Positions 1 through 11,691 are shown, numbered from the stretch's first letter. The stretch is DNA of 64,000 nucleotides from an uncultured delta proteobacterium (GCA_963716725.1 CAVQUB010000015.1:1-64000); one strand, 5' to 3'. Notes: a model not told the origin generated them from the letters alone. Numbers and translations: made by a program.

Positions 1-22
1 AGAGCTGACGGATATGGGGAGT
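1..22 (+). repeat. Left terminal inverted repeat of RIT element (cut by window edge)
   Basis: 22/22 reverse-complement match to 4062-4083. Confidence 0.9.
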
Positions 23-176
23 TGCTGCCTCCCGGCTGCGTGTTCTCCTGTGGGATCGGCGAAATTCGCTCCCCATATTCATGAGCCCGCTGGCGTCGAA
101 TGACCTCGAGGTTTTCGCCCCCGGACGCCTGTATGGCCACGAGCGCCGGTTCATGGCGTTCGGAAGGAGAGCGAGC

Positions 177-737
177 ATGAGCATGAGCAAGTTGAATGAA
201 TCGGACCTCGGGGCGATGCGCCTGCCCGAGCTACAGCAGAGGTACGTCGAGGTTGTCGGCGAGCCGACGCGGTGCCCGAGCAAGGCGTGGCTGGTGCGTA
301 AGATCCTGGAAGCCGCGATGACGGGCGCGGCGTCGACGTCAGCGAAGCCGACCGCGTCGCTCAAGACAGCGTCAGTCGATGAGCTCCAGGCGCGGCACCT
401 CGAACTGATCGGGAGGCCCACGAGCTCTCGTCATGTCGGCTACTTGCGATGGCGCCTGCGCCAAGCCGAGCGCGGACTGATCCGCGTCGGTGCCGAGCCG
501 CGCGCTGCCCATGGCGCCGACGATGTCCTCGTGCTTCCGTTGCGCATGCCCGCGCCGGTCGTGGAGCGACTCGATGAGGCTCGGCGACGGCTTGGCCTGA
601 GAAGCCGCGCCGAGCTCTTTCGCCGCGCGCTGCACCGCTACCTCGTCGACTTCGACGAGGCCGACGTCGCCGCCTTCCTACGCCGTGGCGACGGTGGCGA
701 TGCCGACGCGCCGCCGGTCAGCGAGGCCAGGAGCTGA
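177..737 (+). CDS. DUF2924-like tandem helical repeats plus C-terminal ribbon-helix-helix (CopG-like) DNA-binding protein; RIT passenger
   Basis: SD ggaagga before ATG 177. Two repeats (LPELQQRYVEVVGEPT / VDELQARHLELIGRPT). RHH-like tail LPLRMPAPVVERLDEARRRLGLRSRAELFRRAL. Confidence 0.75.
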   Translation: MSMSKLNESDLGAMRLPELQQRYVEVVGEPTRCPSKAWLVRKILEAAMTGAASTSAKPTASLKTASVDELQARHLELIGRPTSSRHVGYLRWRLRQAERGLIRVGAEPRAAHGADDVLVLPLRMPAPVVERLDEARRRLGLRSRAELFRRALHRYLVDFDEADVAAFLRRGDGGDADAPPVSEARS

Positions 738-1700
738 TCGGGCGGGCTGAACGCCCCCTTGCGCAGCGAGGGCAGCTTCACGGCGTCGAGCGCCGCAAGC
801 TTCTCGGTCGGATCGGCCTGCAGGTACATCTCCGTGGTCTGCTGGCTCGCGTGCCCGAGCCAGAGAGCCACCTTGCGGATGTCGCCCGTCGCCTGGAGGA
901 TGCTCATCGCGCAGGTGTGCCGCATCACGTGCGGCGAGACTCGGCGCTTCGCGATGGACGGACACGCCGTCGTCGCTGCCTCCACGTGCTTTTCCAAGAT
1001 GTGCGCGCAGCCCCACCGCGAGATGCAACCACCACGCGCGTTGAGGAACACCTCGGGTACGAGGGCATCGCCACGCACGGCGAGCCAGGCACGGACGGCG
1101 TCGGCGACCTCCTTCCAGAGGACGAGACCACGCTGCCTACGACCCTTGCCTCGGACTCGCAGCTCCAGGTACGCGCCGTCGAACGAGAGATCGTCGAGGC
1201 GCAGGCCGACGATCTCCGAGACGCGCAGGCCGCCAGCGAAGCCCATGAGCAAGAGCGCGCGGTCGCGGATGCCCAAGCGCGTCGTCGGATCGGGCGCATC
1301 GAGCAGGGCCTTCGCCTCCGCGGCGTCGACGTGGCGCACGAGCATGACGTCGGTGCGCTGCATCGGGATGGCGAGCACGCGGCGCACCTGCTCGACGCCG
1401 ACGGAACACGGTACTCGACGAAGCGCATGAACGACTTGAGCGCGACGAGTCGTCGCGTTGCGGGTCCTGCGCGCTGTTGCCGCGCTCAGCCTGCAGGTGC
1501 GCGAGGAACTCGAGCCAGAGCGGCGCGTCGAGCTGCTCGAGCGTCAGTGCCGAGGGCGCTACGCCGAGCCGCTTCGTCGTGAAGGCGAAGAGCAGCTTGA
1601 ACGTGTACGCGTAGGCGTCGACGGTGTGCCGGCTGGCCTGGCGCTCCTGCGGCAGCCGCTCGCGGAGGTAGGCGGTGAGGTGCGGGGCGAGTGGCGTCAT
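638..1700 (-). CDS. Tyrosine recombinase RitC (stitched across frameshifts near 1390-1470)
   Basis: Start MTPLAPHLTAYLRERL with SD ggagg. Catalytic motifs GLRVSE, HVMRHT, LGH, TEMY. Confidence 0.85.
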
Positions 1701-2612
1701 GGCCGACCTCCCGTCAGCGAAGGCCGGCCGGACCCGGTCCGCGATGTCGCGCATCAGGCGGGGCGTCGCCTGCAGGTACCAGTAGGTGTCGGCGACGTGC
1801 GTGTGTCCGAGGTAGGTCGAGAGCGCGAGCATGTGCTGGGCGACGCGGTCGCGGCCGTCGGGACACGCCTCGAGAGCGCGCACGGCGAAGGTGTGCCGGA
1901 TGTCGTGGATGCGTGGCTGCGACTGGTCCGGAGGCTTCTCGAGACCGGCGAGCTCGCGCATCTGGACGAACATCTTGCGCGCGCTGTTGTGGGCGAGGCG
2001 CTGCCCGCGAGAGCCGAGGAACAGGCTGGATGGTGGCGTGCCGATGGTGCGACGGCGCTGCTGGTAGCGGTCGAGTCCCTCTCGCGCAGTCTCATGCAAT
2101 GGGACCAGGCGCGTCTTCTGGAACTTCGTCTTGCGGATGAGCAGCCCCTCCGGCGTCACGTCATCCAGGTCGAGCGCCATCGCCTCCGAGACACGCAGCC
2201 CCGTCGCAAACAGCAGCGCGAAGAAGGTCTGTGCCGTGAGCACCCGCATCGATGAAGGTGGCCCAAGCGCGCTCGCGGCGTCGATGAGCCGCCGCGCCTC
2301 GTCGGGGCTGTAGATGTGCGGCACGATCTGACGGGGCACGCGCGGGAAGACGTGGCTGCTCGGCACCTCGTGACGCGGATCCTCAGCGCGTACATGGCGG
2401 GCGAAGAGCACGAGTCTCTGCAAACGATGATGGCGCACACCCGCGGTGCCCCCTTCGGCGGCCCACTCGACCGCCGTCGCTGCGAGCACATGTGTCTGAC
2501 CTCGCTCTTTCGCGAAGGCGGCGAAGTCGTAGAGCATCCGCTCCGGCGCCGCCAACTCGAAGCCGAGCGCGCGACGGGTCCTCAGGTAGTCGGTGACGAG
2601 CTGCTTCAGCAT
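1697..2612 (-). CDS. Tyrosine recombinase RitB (3' end approximate; as read it runs in frame into RitC)
   Basis: Start [18 protein letters not shown] overlaps the RitA 3' end. Motifs GLRVSE, KTKFQKTRLVP, HDIRHTFAV, LGH, TYWY. Confidence 0.88.
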
Positions 2613-3928
2613 GACGGAACCTCCACGAGCCAACGCTGCGCGATCGCCCCGACGTCCGCGATCGGCATCGGGGGCGCCTTCATCGCCCGGGCATTTGCGT
2701 CGCTCGTCATCCACGGCTGCGCGACCTGCCCGAGCAAGCGCTGGTCGACGCGGGCATAGACGGTCGTTGTCTCGACCGAGCGATGCCGGAGAATGGCCGC
2801 TATGCCCTCGAGCGAAGCCCCTTCGCGCAGCATCGCGGTCGCCGCCGAGTGCCGAAGAAGATGGGCGCCAAAGGATGGCGCGTCGACGCCGGCGCGGTGA
2901 ATCGCTCGCCCGACCAGCTGAGCGATCGACGAGTTGTTGGTGATGCTGCGCCATGGCGCGCGTGCAGTCAGGAACACGTGCTCGTGGTCGATGCGTGGGC
3001 GGCCCCGCTCCAGATAAGCGAGGATGGCGTCGCCGACATCCTGGGGGATCGGCAGCCAAGTCTCGCGCCGACCCTTGCCGACGAGACGGAGTCGGGCGCG
3101 CTTCCAGTCGAGATCGGTGGGGCGCAGCGCGAGGACGTCACCCGCACGGAGGCCCAGTCGCGCAAGCAGAAGCATGATGGCTCGATCGCGAAGCCCGGTC
3201 GCAGACGAGGCGTCGCAGCTCGCAAGCAGCTTCTCGACGTCGTCGGGCGGAAGGTGTTTCGGCAGCGCCGTCTGCGACCAGCGAGCGGGCCGGGGGATGC
3301 CATCGGCGAGGTCCGCGCTGCACAGGCCGCGCACCGCGAGCTGCCGGAGAAACATTCGCGTCGCGGTAACGACCTGCTCGCCCTTGCTGGCGCCGTGGCC
3401 CTCCGAGAGCGCGAGCACTGCTCGCCGGAGCGCCGCGACCGAGTACGCGCTTGGCTCTCGGCCGACGTGCTCGAGCAGCTTCCGCACGACGCGCGAGTAC
3501 GCCTTCACCGTCCACTCGCTCACACCGCACTGCTGCCGCATCCACGTGATGAAGTCCTCGAGCAGTGGCTCATCGACGGCAGTTGTGGTCGCGCGAGGAA
3601 CAGCGCCGACGGCCTGCAGGTAGCGACGGAACACGCGAGCTCGTGCCAGGGCGCGATCGTGCTCGCCAACGCGCTGTCCTTCGCAGTCGCACACCGGAAC
3701 GTGAGCCACGAACGAGGCAATGACGTCGTCGTCGAGCGCGGCAAGAGGGACCCCGCTCGCCGCCAGCCAGCGCCCGAGGTGAACGGCGTGGCGCAGGCAC
3801 GAACCTCCGGTCTGAAAGCTATAGCCCTGTGCGGCCAACCACGCCGCGAACCCATCCATATGCGGGCCCGCGGGACTCGCGCGGAACCCGTCCAGCACGA
3901 ACCGTCTCTCGAAGTATTTCTCCAGCAT
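2606..3928 (-). CDS. Tyrosine recombinase RitA
   Basis: 440 aa intact ORF with LGLRAGD, HLLRHS, LRH and TTVYARV motifs; SD aaggag upstream. Confidence 0.92.
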   Translation of the reverse strand: MLEKYFERRFVLDGFRASPAGPHMDGFAAWLAAQGYSFQTGGSCLRHAVHLGRWLAASGVPLAALDDDVIASFVAHVPVCDCEGQRVGEHDRALARARVFRRYLQAVGAVPRATTTAVDEPLLEDFITWMRQQCGVSEWTVKAYSRVVRKLLEHVGREPSAYSVAALRRAVLALSEGHGASKGEQVVTATRMFLRQLAVRGLCSADLADGIPRPARWSQTALPKHLPPDDVEKLLASCDASSATGLRDRAIMLLLARLGLRAGDVLALRPTDLDWKRARLRLVGKGRRETWLPIPQDVGDAILAYLERGRPRIDHEHVFLTARAPWRSITNNSSIAQLVGRAIHRAGVDAPSFGAHLLRHSAATAMLREGASLEGIAAILRHRSVETTTVYARVDQRLLGQVAQPWMTSDANARAMKAPPMPIADVGAIAQRWLVEVPSC

Positions 3929-4061
3929 GTCGTCTCCTTGGTGATCGACCGGGATCAGCCCGGCCGCCGGAGACGACGCCGCGAATATGTGGAGTTGTCG
4001 AGGCTCGCTGCGGCCACAACGCGCGGAGCTTTCTGAACTCTCAAGCGGTGGCGAGCCCGCG

Positions 4062-4083
4062 ACTCCCCATATCCGTCAGCTCT
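4062..4083 (-). repeat. Right terminal inverted repeat of RIT element
   Basis: actccccatatccgtcagctct is the reverse complement of 1-22. Confidence 0.9.
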
Positions 4084-4110
4084 ACATACCGGCGATTATG
4101 GAGAGCACCC

Positions 4111-4397
4111 CATAATCGGCGCTACCTCATCTGGAAGATCCGCGAGGCCGAGAAGGGCCGCATCCCGGTCGGCCCGCGCAAGACGCGCGAGCGCAACGGC
4201 GAGCCGCGTCGACGTGAAGATCCTCCCGCTGCGGCTCGAGGCCGAGGTCGTCGAGCGCATGGACGAGGCGTGGCGCACGCGCGGCATCAAGAACCGCATG
4301 GAGTTCTTCCGCCGCGCGCTCGGCCACTACCTCACGCACCTCGGCGCCGAGGACGCCGCCGCGCTCTTCACGAACGCGGGCGCCGCCGAGCGCGTGA
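4111..4397 (+). pseudogene. 3' half of a DUF2924-like/RHH gene interrupted by the RIT element (end approximate)
   Basis: No start codon. Begins at the element boundary with [21 protein letters not shown], then (frameshift ~4207) [20 protein letters not shown]...FRRAL. Colinear with the C-terminal half of 177-737. Confidence 0.8.
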
Positions 4398-4461
4398 AGG
4401 GCGCGGAGATCCAAGGGGCGTCGGCGGTCGGCAAGCGCGACCTGCCGCGACGCCCCAAGTC

Positions 4462-4602
4462 CGCGGAAGGTCGCGCCTATTCCAAGTGCCTGAAAATACA
4501 TCGGAAACAGCCGTGTTCGGCCTTGCTAGGGGCGCGAACGGAAGCCTGTATGTCCTCACGCGACGGGCACTGGGCCCCGCGCGAAACGCGAGGACGACGA
4601 CG
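4462..4602 (+). promoter_or_regulatory. Conserved upstream element, copy 1 (promoter-like core plus leader hairpin over SD)
   Basis: Direct repeat of 6748-6885; core 4519-4555 matches 6805-6841 at 36/37. Confidence 0.75.
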
Positions 4603-5523
<921 letters not shown>

Positions 5524-5624
5524 GGACGGGCGCGGGGCCGGCCAGCGACGCCGGCCCTGGACTCGCCCGCGAACGGAGGCGATGGATGACTACGGCGGGT
5601 CTCGGCCCGCGGCGAGATGAGAAG

Positions 5625-6075
5625 ATGGGACAGGTGCTCTACTTCGCGTACGGCTCGAACCTCGACGACGAGCAGATGCGCTCGCGGTGCGCGAGCGCGC
5701 AGCCCGTGGCGCGCGCGGTGCTGCCCAACTACGCGCTCGCCTTCGGCGGCTTCAGCCACCGCTGGGACGGGGCGGTCGCGAGCGTCGTGCGGGCCACGCG
5801 GCGCCCGCGTCGAGGGGCTCCTCTACCGCCTCGACGACGCGGACCTCCGCGCGCTCGATCGCTTCGAGGGCCATCCGTTCGCCTACGAGCGCGTCGTGAA
5901 GGTGGTGCTCGACGAGCACGGGCGCCGCCGCCGCGCGACGACGTACCTGCAGCCCGAGGACGGCTTCGAGCCCTGGGCGCCGCAGCCCGGCTACTTCCGC
6001 GTGCTGTGGCGCGCGTACGCCCGCCTGGGCTTCGACGTCGCGCCCCTGGCGACCGCAGCGGGGGTGGAGCCATGA
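5625..6075 (+). CDS. Gamma-glutamylcyclotransferase family protein 1 (frameshift ~5795)
   Basis: YFAYGSNL ... LDRFEG motifs. Confidence 0.85.
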
Positions 6076-6472
6076 ACGCGCCCAAGGGCCAGCGTGGCGC
6101 GCCCACGCGCGTCTTCGTCTACGGGACGCTCCTCGCGGGCGAGCCGAACCACCGGCTCCTCGCGGGCGCCCGGCTCGTCGCGGAGGCGAGGACCAAGCCC
6201 GCGTTCGAGCTGCGCGACCTCGGCGCGTTCCCCGGGCTCGTGCGCGGTGGCGAGCACGCGGTCGCCGGCGAGGTGTATGAGGTCGACGAGGCCGACGCTC
6301 GCCGCGCTCGACCGGCTCGAAGGGCACCCGCGCTTCTACCGGCGCACGCGCATCGCCCTCGAGGACGGCGCCGCCGTCGAGACCTACCTCCTCGCGCCCG
6401 AGCAGGTCGAAGGTCGTCCCGTCATCGACTCGGGCAGCTGGCGAGCGCGCCGGAAGGAGATCGACAGCATGA
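6072..6472 (+). CDS. Gamma-glutamylcyclotransferase (AIG2-like) family protein 2 (frameshift ~6293; 3' end approximate)
   Basis: VFVYGTL, GEVYEV and LDRLEG motifs; ATGA overlap with previous gene. Confidence 0.85.
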
Positions 6473-6711
6473 AGATCGTGATGAGAGACGGGCGCGTGTT
6501 CCAAGGCACCGCCCTGCAGATCGTGAAGGCGATGCAGGACATCGCGTTCGGCGTCGAGGACTTCACGGTGCCGAAGTACATCGAGTGGGTCGTCGCCAAC
6601 GCGCGCAAGTTCGAGGAGGTCGAGCTCGACGTGAAGGGCGAGACCGACGAGGAGCTGGCCGCGTCGCTCGTCGCCGAGATGCTCCGCACCGGGCTCACGC
6701 GGCGGATGTAG
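6469..6711 (+). CDS. Hypothetical protein (80 aa)
   Basis: SD aaggaga before ATG 6469; typical codon usage. Confidence 0.7.
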   Translation: MKIVMRDGRVFQGTALQIVKAMQDIAFGVEDFTVPKYIEWVVANARKFEEVELDVKGETDEELAASLVAEMLRTGLTRRM

Positions 6712-6747
6712 GCCGATCGGCCTCCGTCGGCTTCGCGGCCCGAAGGG

Positions 6748-6885
6748 CGCGGAACCTCGCGACTATTCCAACCGCTCGAAAAGACATCGGAAACCGACGT
6801 TCTTGGCCTTGCTAGGGGCGCGAACCGAAGCCTGTATGTCCCTCGCAACGGGCGACGAGCCGCCCTGCAGAACGCGAGGACGACG
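6748..6885 (+). promoter_or_regulatory. Conserved upstream element, copy 2
   Basis: Direct repeat of 4462-4602, also ending gaggacgacgATG. Confidence 0.75.
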
Positions 6886-7188
6886 ATGCGGACCACGAGC
6901 CAGAACACGCAGACGACGAAGACGGTGAGCCAGGGCGAGAGCCGCTACGGGACGGCCGAGCCGCAGATCGAGATCCGGCTCCCGAAGGGCACGAGCCACC
7001 GCCTGGTGAACGCCGCGCTCCACAAGCTCGCCGCCGACGTCGAGCTGGCCACGCCCGAGCGCGAGCGCTGGATCGTCCAGACCGAGAGCTTCTACGACGC
7101 CCGCGGCCGCGTGTACCTCGAGCTGGCCGACGCGACGCCGGCCGAGGCCGAGCGGGGGATGGCGATGCTCAAGAAGCTGGTGGGCTGA
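6886..7188 (+). CDS. Hypothetical protein (100 aa)
   Basis: Intact ORF directly behind the repeated leader and SD. Confidence 0.75.
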   Translation: MRTTSQNTQTTKTVSQGESRYGTAEPQIEIRLPKGTSHRLVNAALHKLAADVELATPERERWIVQTESFYDARGRVYLELADATPAEAERGMAMLKKLVG

Positions 7189-7208
7189 GCCCGAGGAGCG
7201 GGGGCGCA

Positions 7209-7238
7209 AATAGCCGCTTTGAAGGGGAAGTGGCTATT
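7209..7238. other. AT-richer dyad (11-bp arms, 8-bp spacer): recombination site or bidirectional terminator
   Basis: aatagccgctt-tgaagggg-aagtggctatt between convergent genes. Confidence 0.45.
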
Positions 7239-8383
7239 CGCCAGCCAGGCGCCGCCAGGACCGCACCAGCGTCTCGCTCGGCGCGCGAAACATCGTCCTC
7301 CGTCGTGCCGCGCCCGAGCGTGAGGCGCACCGAGCCGAGCGCGTCCTCGGGCGCGACGCCCATCGCGAGGATCACCGCCGACGCGCTCTCGTGGCCCTCG
7401 TGGCACGCCGAGCCCGGTCGAGGCGGCGACCTCCGGCGCGCCGGCCAGCACGGCGTCGCCGGTGGCGCGCGGGAAGCGGACGTTGAGCGTGTTCGGCAGG
7501 CGCAGCTCGCGGTGGCCGTTGAGCGCCAGCCCGGGCACGGCGGCGGCGAGACGCTCCCAGAGCGCGTCGCGGAGCGCGCGCATGCGCGAGGCCGCCGCCT
7601 CGAGGTCGCGCCCCACCGCCTCGCACGCGGCGCCGAGCCCGACGATGGAGGCGACGTTCTCGGTGCCCGGCCGCAGGCCGCGCTCGTGGCCCGCGCCGAG
7701 CGCGAACGGCACGAGCGGCGTGCCGCGCCTCACGTAGAGCGCGCCGACGCCCTTGGGCGCGTAGAGCTTGTGGCCGGCGACGGACAGCAGGTCGACGTCG
7801 AGCTCGCGCACGTCGCACCGGCACCTTGCCGAGCGACTGCGCGGCGTCGGTGTGAATGAGCGCGCCCACCGCGCGCGCCAGCGCGGCGAGCTCGGCGACG
7901 GGCTGGAGCACGCCGGTCTCGTTGTTCGAGTGCATCACGGTGACCAGCGCGGTGTCGCCGTCGATCGCGCTCGCGCGCCTCGTCGACGCGGGCCCGCCCG
8001 TCGGCGTCGACGCCGAGGCGGGTGACGCTCCGCGCCGTGCCGCTCGAGCCACGCGCACGGGCGCGCGGTCGCCGGGTGCTCGATGACGGTCGTGACGATG
8101 TGGCTGCGCCCTTCGCGCGCCTCGGCCGACGCCGCGGATGGCGAGGTTGTTCGCCTCGGTGCCGCCCGACGTGAAGACGACCTCGTCGGCGTCGCAGCCG
8201 AGCAGCGCGCGCGACCTGGTCGCGCGCCCGCGCGACGGCGCTCGCGCGCGCGCGTGCCGTAGACGTGGCCGCTCGACGGGTTGCCGAAGTGCTCGCGCAG
8301 GTACGGCAGCATCGCGTCGACCACCTCGGGCAGGAGCGGCGTCGTCGCGTTGTGGTCGAGGTAGATGGGGTCGCCGGGGTCAT
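7235..8383 (-). CDS. Cysteine desulfurase (NifS/IscS family), multiply frameshifted; 3' end approximate
   Basis: IYLDHNATTP, FGNPSS, MHSNNETG, HTDAAQ, AGHKLYAPKG, RPGTEN and reconstructed STGSACH. Confidence 0.88.
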
Positions 8384-9084
8384 GATGGAGGCTCGCGCTT
8401 GTCCGCTGCGAGCGCGAGGAACGCCGCGCCCGGGGCATGGAGACGGGTGAGGAACGGCTCGACGGGAGCCACGATCCGGGCGGCAAGGCCGCTCGGCGGA
8501 AAGAAGACGGAGCCGCGCAGGTCGGCCACGTGAAGGCCCGCGCTCCGAGCGAGCCGCTCGAGTTCGCCGCGTGACCGGAACTGTGCTCGTCGCCACGTGC
8601 TCGCACCGAGCCAACCTCGGACGCGGCGCTCCGCAGCCCACACGCTGAAGCGGCCAAGCTCACCGAGGACGACGCGACCGCCCGGGACGAGCACACGAGC
8701 CATCTCGCGAACGGCAAGCCGGGCATCCGGCACGAAGCAGAGCACGGTCACTGCGACGACCACGTCGAAGGAGGCATCGTCGAACGGCAACTGCTCGGCG
8801 CGCCCCTGTCGGAGGGTCACGTCGACTCCGCGCGAGGCAGCACGCGCACGGGCTGCGTCGAGTATCTTCTGCTCGAGGTCGAGCGCCGTGACGATGGCAC
8901 CGCGCACGGCAGCCTCGATGGCGTAGGTGCCATCTCCGGTGCCGACGTCGAGCACGCGCTTGCCACGAAGCGAGCCGAGGAGCTCGAAGACGACGTTCGT
9001 CTCCACGCGCTCGGTGATGCTTGCCGAGCGGTCGTCGCTCGCCAGCGAGCGTAGGTCTGTGCGGCGACCACCGGCTCCGGTCAC
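8380..9084 (-). CDS. Class I SAM-dependent methyltransferase (frameshifts near N-terminus)
   Basis: VLDVGTGDG, LPFDDASFD and RVLVPGG motifs. Confidence 0.85.
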   Translation of the reverse strand: MTGAGGRRTDLRSLASDDRSASITERVETNVVFELLGSLRGKRVLDVGTGDGTYAIEAAVRGAIVTALDLEQKILDAARARAASRGVDVTLRQGRAEQLPFDDASFDVVVAVTVLCFVPDARLAVREMARVLVPGGRVVLGELGRFSVWAAERRVRGWLGASTWRRAQFRSRGELERLARSAGLHVADLRGSVFFPPSGLAARIVAPVEPFLTRLHAPGAAFLALAADKREPPS

Positions 9085-10046
9085 GACGCCCACTCCTGCA
9101 TCCACGGCTTCGCGCGGTAGCGATCCCACGCGTCCGGCAGCACCGTGACGACCGGCCCGTCGAGACCGCCGCGCGCGGCGAGCCGCAGCGCCGCGACCAC
9201 GTTCGTGCCCGCCGAGCCGCCGACGAGCAGGCCCTCCTCGCGCACGAGCCGCTTCACCATCGCGAAGCTCTCCTCGTCGCTGACGCGCTCGGCGCCGTCG
9301 AGCACGTCGCGGTGCAGGTTCTCGGGCGCCTCGCTGCCGCCGATGCCCTCGACGGCGTAGGAGCCGTCGGCGCCGAGCGTGCCCGGTCTCGACCCAATCC
9401 GCGAGCCCCGAGCCCACCGGATCGGCGAGCACGACGCGAACGCCGGGAAGCGCCGCCTTCAGCCGCCGCCCGACGCCGGTGATGGTTCCGCCGGTGCCGG
9501 CGCCGGCGACGAACGCGCCGACGCGGCCGTCGGTCTGCTCGAGGATCTCCGCACCCGTCGTCTCCTCGTGGACGCGGACGTTCGCGGGGTTCCTGAACTG
9601 GTCGGTGAGGAACCAGCCGTGCTCCTCGGCCATCCGCTGCGCGACGTTGCGGAAGTTGTCGGGGCTCGACGGCGGCGCGTTCGGCGTGATGACGACCTCG
9701 CGCGCCGAGCGACGGCGAGCGCGACGCGCTTGTCGACGGACATCTTCTCCGGCATCACGCAGACGAGCCCGTAGCCGCGCGCCGCCGCGACGAGCGCGAG
9801 CCCGACGCCGGTGTTGCCGGCGGTCGCCTCGATCAGCGTCATGCCCGGGCGGAGCACGCTCGCGTTCCTCGGCGTCGTCGACGATGGCGAGCGGCGATGC
9901 GGTCCTTGATCGACCCGCCGGGGTTCAGGTGCTCGCACTTCACGAGCACCGGCACCGGCAAGCCCGCGCGCGATGCGCTCGAGCGGCACCAGCGGCGTGC
10001 GCCCGATGTGCTGCAGGATGCCTTGACGATCGCGCTTCACGCTCAC
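9081..10046 (-). CDS. PLP-dependent cysteine synthase / cystathionine beta-synthase family, frameshifted
   Basis: [29 protein letters not shown] and [11 protein letters not shown]. Confidence 0.88.
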
Positions 10047-10048
10047 CC

Positions 10049-11214
10049 CTACAGCTTGGTGTACAGCCACGACTTCTCGAAGAGCACCTTGCCGAGGTGC
10101 CAGCGCCAGCTCGGCGCGCGCACGGTCACGAGCGGGCTTCGGCTCGGCGTAGAAGTCGCCGCCGCCGAAGCCGGCCTTGCCGCCGCCGATCTCGATGAAG
10201 CACTCGCCGTGGCCGTCGAAGCGCTCGCCGCCGGCCGCGCCCGGCGATCGACCGAGCGCGATGTTCTTGGCGACGACCTCGGCCTGGCCGTGCGCGAACA
10301 CGCCGGCCTTCGGCAGCGGCTTGCCGAGCTTCGAGCGGGATCGAGACGACGTCGCCGATCGCGTAGACGCCCGGGAAGCGCGTCTCGAGCGTGTGGCGGT
10401 CGACGGAGATCCAGCCGCTCTCGCCCGCGAGCGCGCTCTCGCGCACCACGCGCGGCGCGCGGTGGGGCGGGACGTACGCGAGCAGGTCGAAGTCCGCGCT
10501 GCGCACCGTTCGCGAACTCGAGCCGGCGCGCCGTCGCGTCGACCGACGTCACCTGGTGCTCGGGGTGATAGGGGATGCCCTTGGCCTGCGAGCAGCTGCT
10601 TCACCGCGCCCGACATCTCGGGACCCGCGACGCCCATCGGGCCGGGCTCGGCGGCGTAGACGTCGACCGTGACCGCGTCGCGAAGACCGCGCTTGCGAAG
10701 GTACGCATCGATGAGCAGCGCGGCCTCGTAGGGCGCCGCCGGGCACTTGTAGGCGGGCGCCGCGGTCAGCACGACGATGCGCCCGCTTTCGCGTGGACTC
10801 GAGCGCCGCGCGCAGCGCTCGGCGCCGGCCAGCGTGTAGAAGTTGTGCCCCGCGTCCTGCGAGGCCGGGCACCGTCTCGGGAGCCAGCTCGGCTCCGAGC
10901 GTGACGACGAGGTAGTCGGCCTCGAGCGTCTCGCCGGCCACCGTGACCCGACGCGCCTCGGGATCGATCTTCTCGACCTCGCCGAGGCGGACCTCGATGC
11001 CCTTGCGCTCGAGGCGCTTGAGCGGCCGCTTGATGCTGTCCGCCTCGCGCAGACCGACCATCAGCCACAGGAGCGAGGGCGCGAACAGGTGCTCGCGCTC
11101 TCGGTCGACGAGCACGACGCGATGCTGGCGCGGCAGACGCTTCCGCAGCTCGCGGGCGGCCACGACGCCGCCGACGCCGCCGCCGAGGATGACGATCGTC
11201 TTGGGCGCGCTCAT
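10049..11214 (-). CDS. Sulfide:quinone oxidoreductase-like FAD-dependent oxidoreductase, frameshifted
   Basis: [29 protein letters not shown] and CFIE. Confidence 0.8.
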
Positions 11215-11573
11215 CAGAACACCAGCGTCTTGTCGGCCCACTGGGTCCAGTCGGTGAGCTCCTCGAGCGTGCTTCGCTTGGTGCCCTCGGCGAGCTCGGC
11301 GTCGGCGATGCCGCGGGCGTCCATGCACGTCCCGCAGACGCCGACCTCGACGCCGTGGCGCGCGGGCCCCTTCAGCATCACCTCGAGGTTGTAGTAGCCC
11401 TGCGGGACCTTCTGGTTGGCCTTCGCGCAGCTGCCGCGTCGCCGATGAGGAAGACCTTCACCTCCTCGCCCTCGCGCTTCGACGAGGGAGCCGGCGAGCC
11501 GCAGCGCGTTGTAGCTGCGCTCGGTGCCGTAGGGTGGGTCGTTCAGGATGAAGAGCGTCTTTGCCATGGTCAT
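11214..11573 (-). CDS. DsrE/YchN-family sulfur relay protein
   Basis: NDPPYGTERSYNALRLA, CGTCMDARG and WADKTLVF. Confidence 0.88.
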   Translation of the reverse strand: MTMAKTLFILNDPPYGTERSYNALRLAGSLVEARGRGGEGLPHRRRGSCAKANQKVPQGYYNLEVMLKGPARHGVEVGVCGTCMDARGIADAELAEGTKRSTLEELTDWTQWADKTLVF

Positions 11574-11691
11574 GTTCCTTGTGCGGCCAGTTGCATACAG
11601 GCTTGCGTCCCCCGCAGAGGGACCGAGCCGACGAGAACCCGCTCGCGCGGAAACTGCTCAGGCGCATGCCCCAGGCGCGCACCCTTGAAGC

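Larger units (their letters stand above)
1..4118. mobile_element. RIT (recombinase-in-trio) element with one passenger gene; outermost left end lies before the window start
   Basis: Three adjacent co-oriented tyrosine recombinase genes. Bases 1-22 (agagctgacggatatggggagt) are the exact reverse complement of 4062-4083. A dyad core-like site sits at 4093-4118. Confidence 0.9.

Noticed and set aside
1137..3059. 640-aa RitB-RitC fusion ORF
   Set aside because: RitC has its own SD and an ATGA-type overlap at 1697-1700; a one-base error near the RitB end explains the fusion better.
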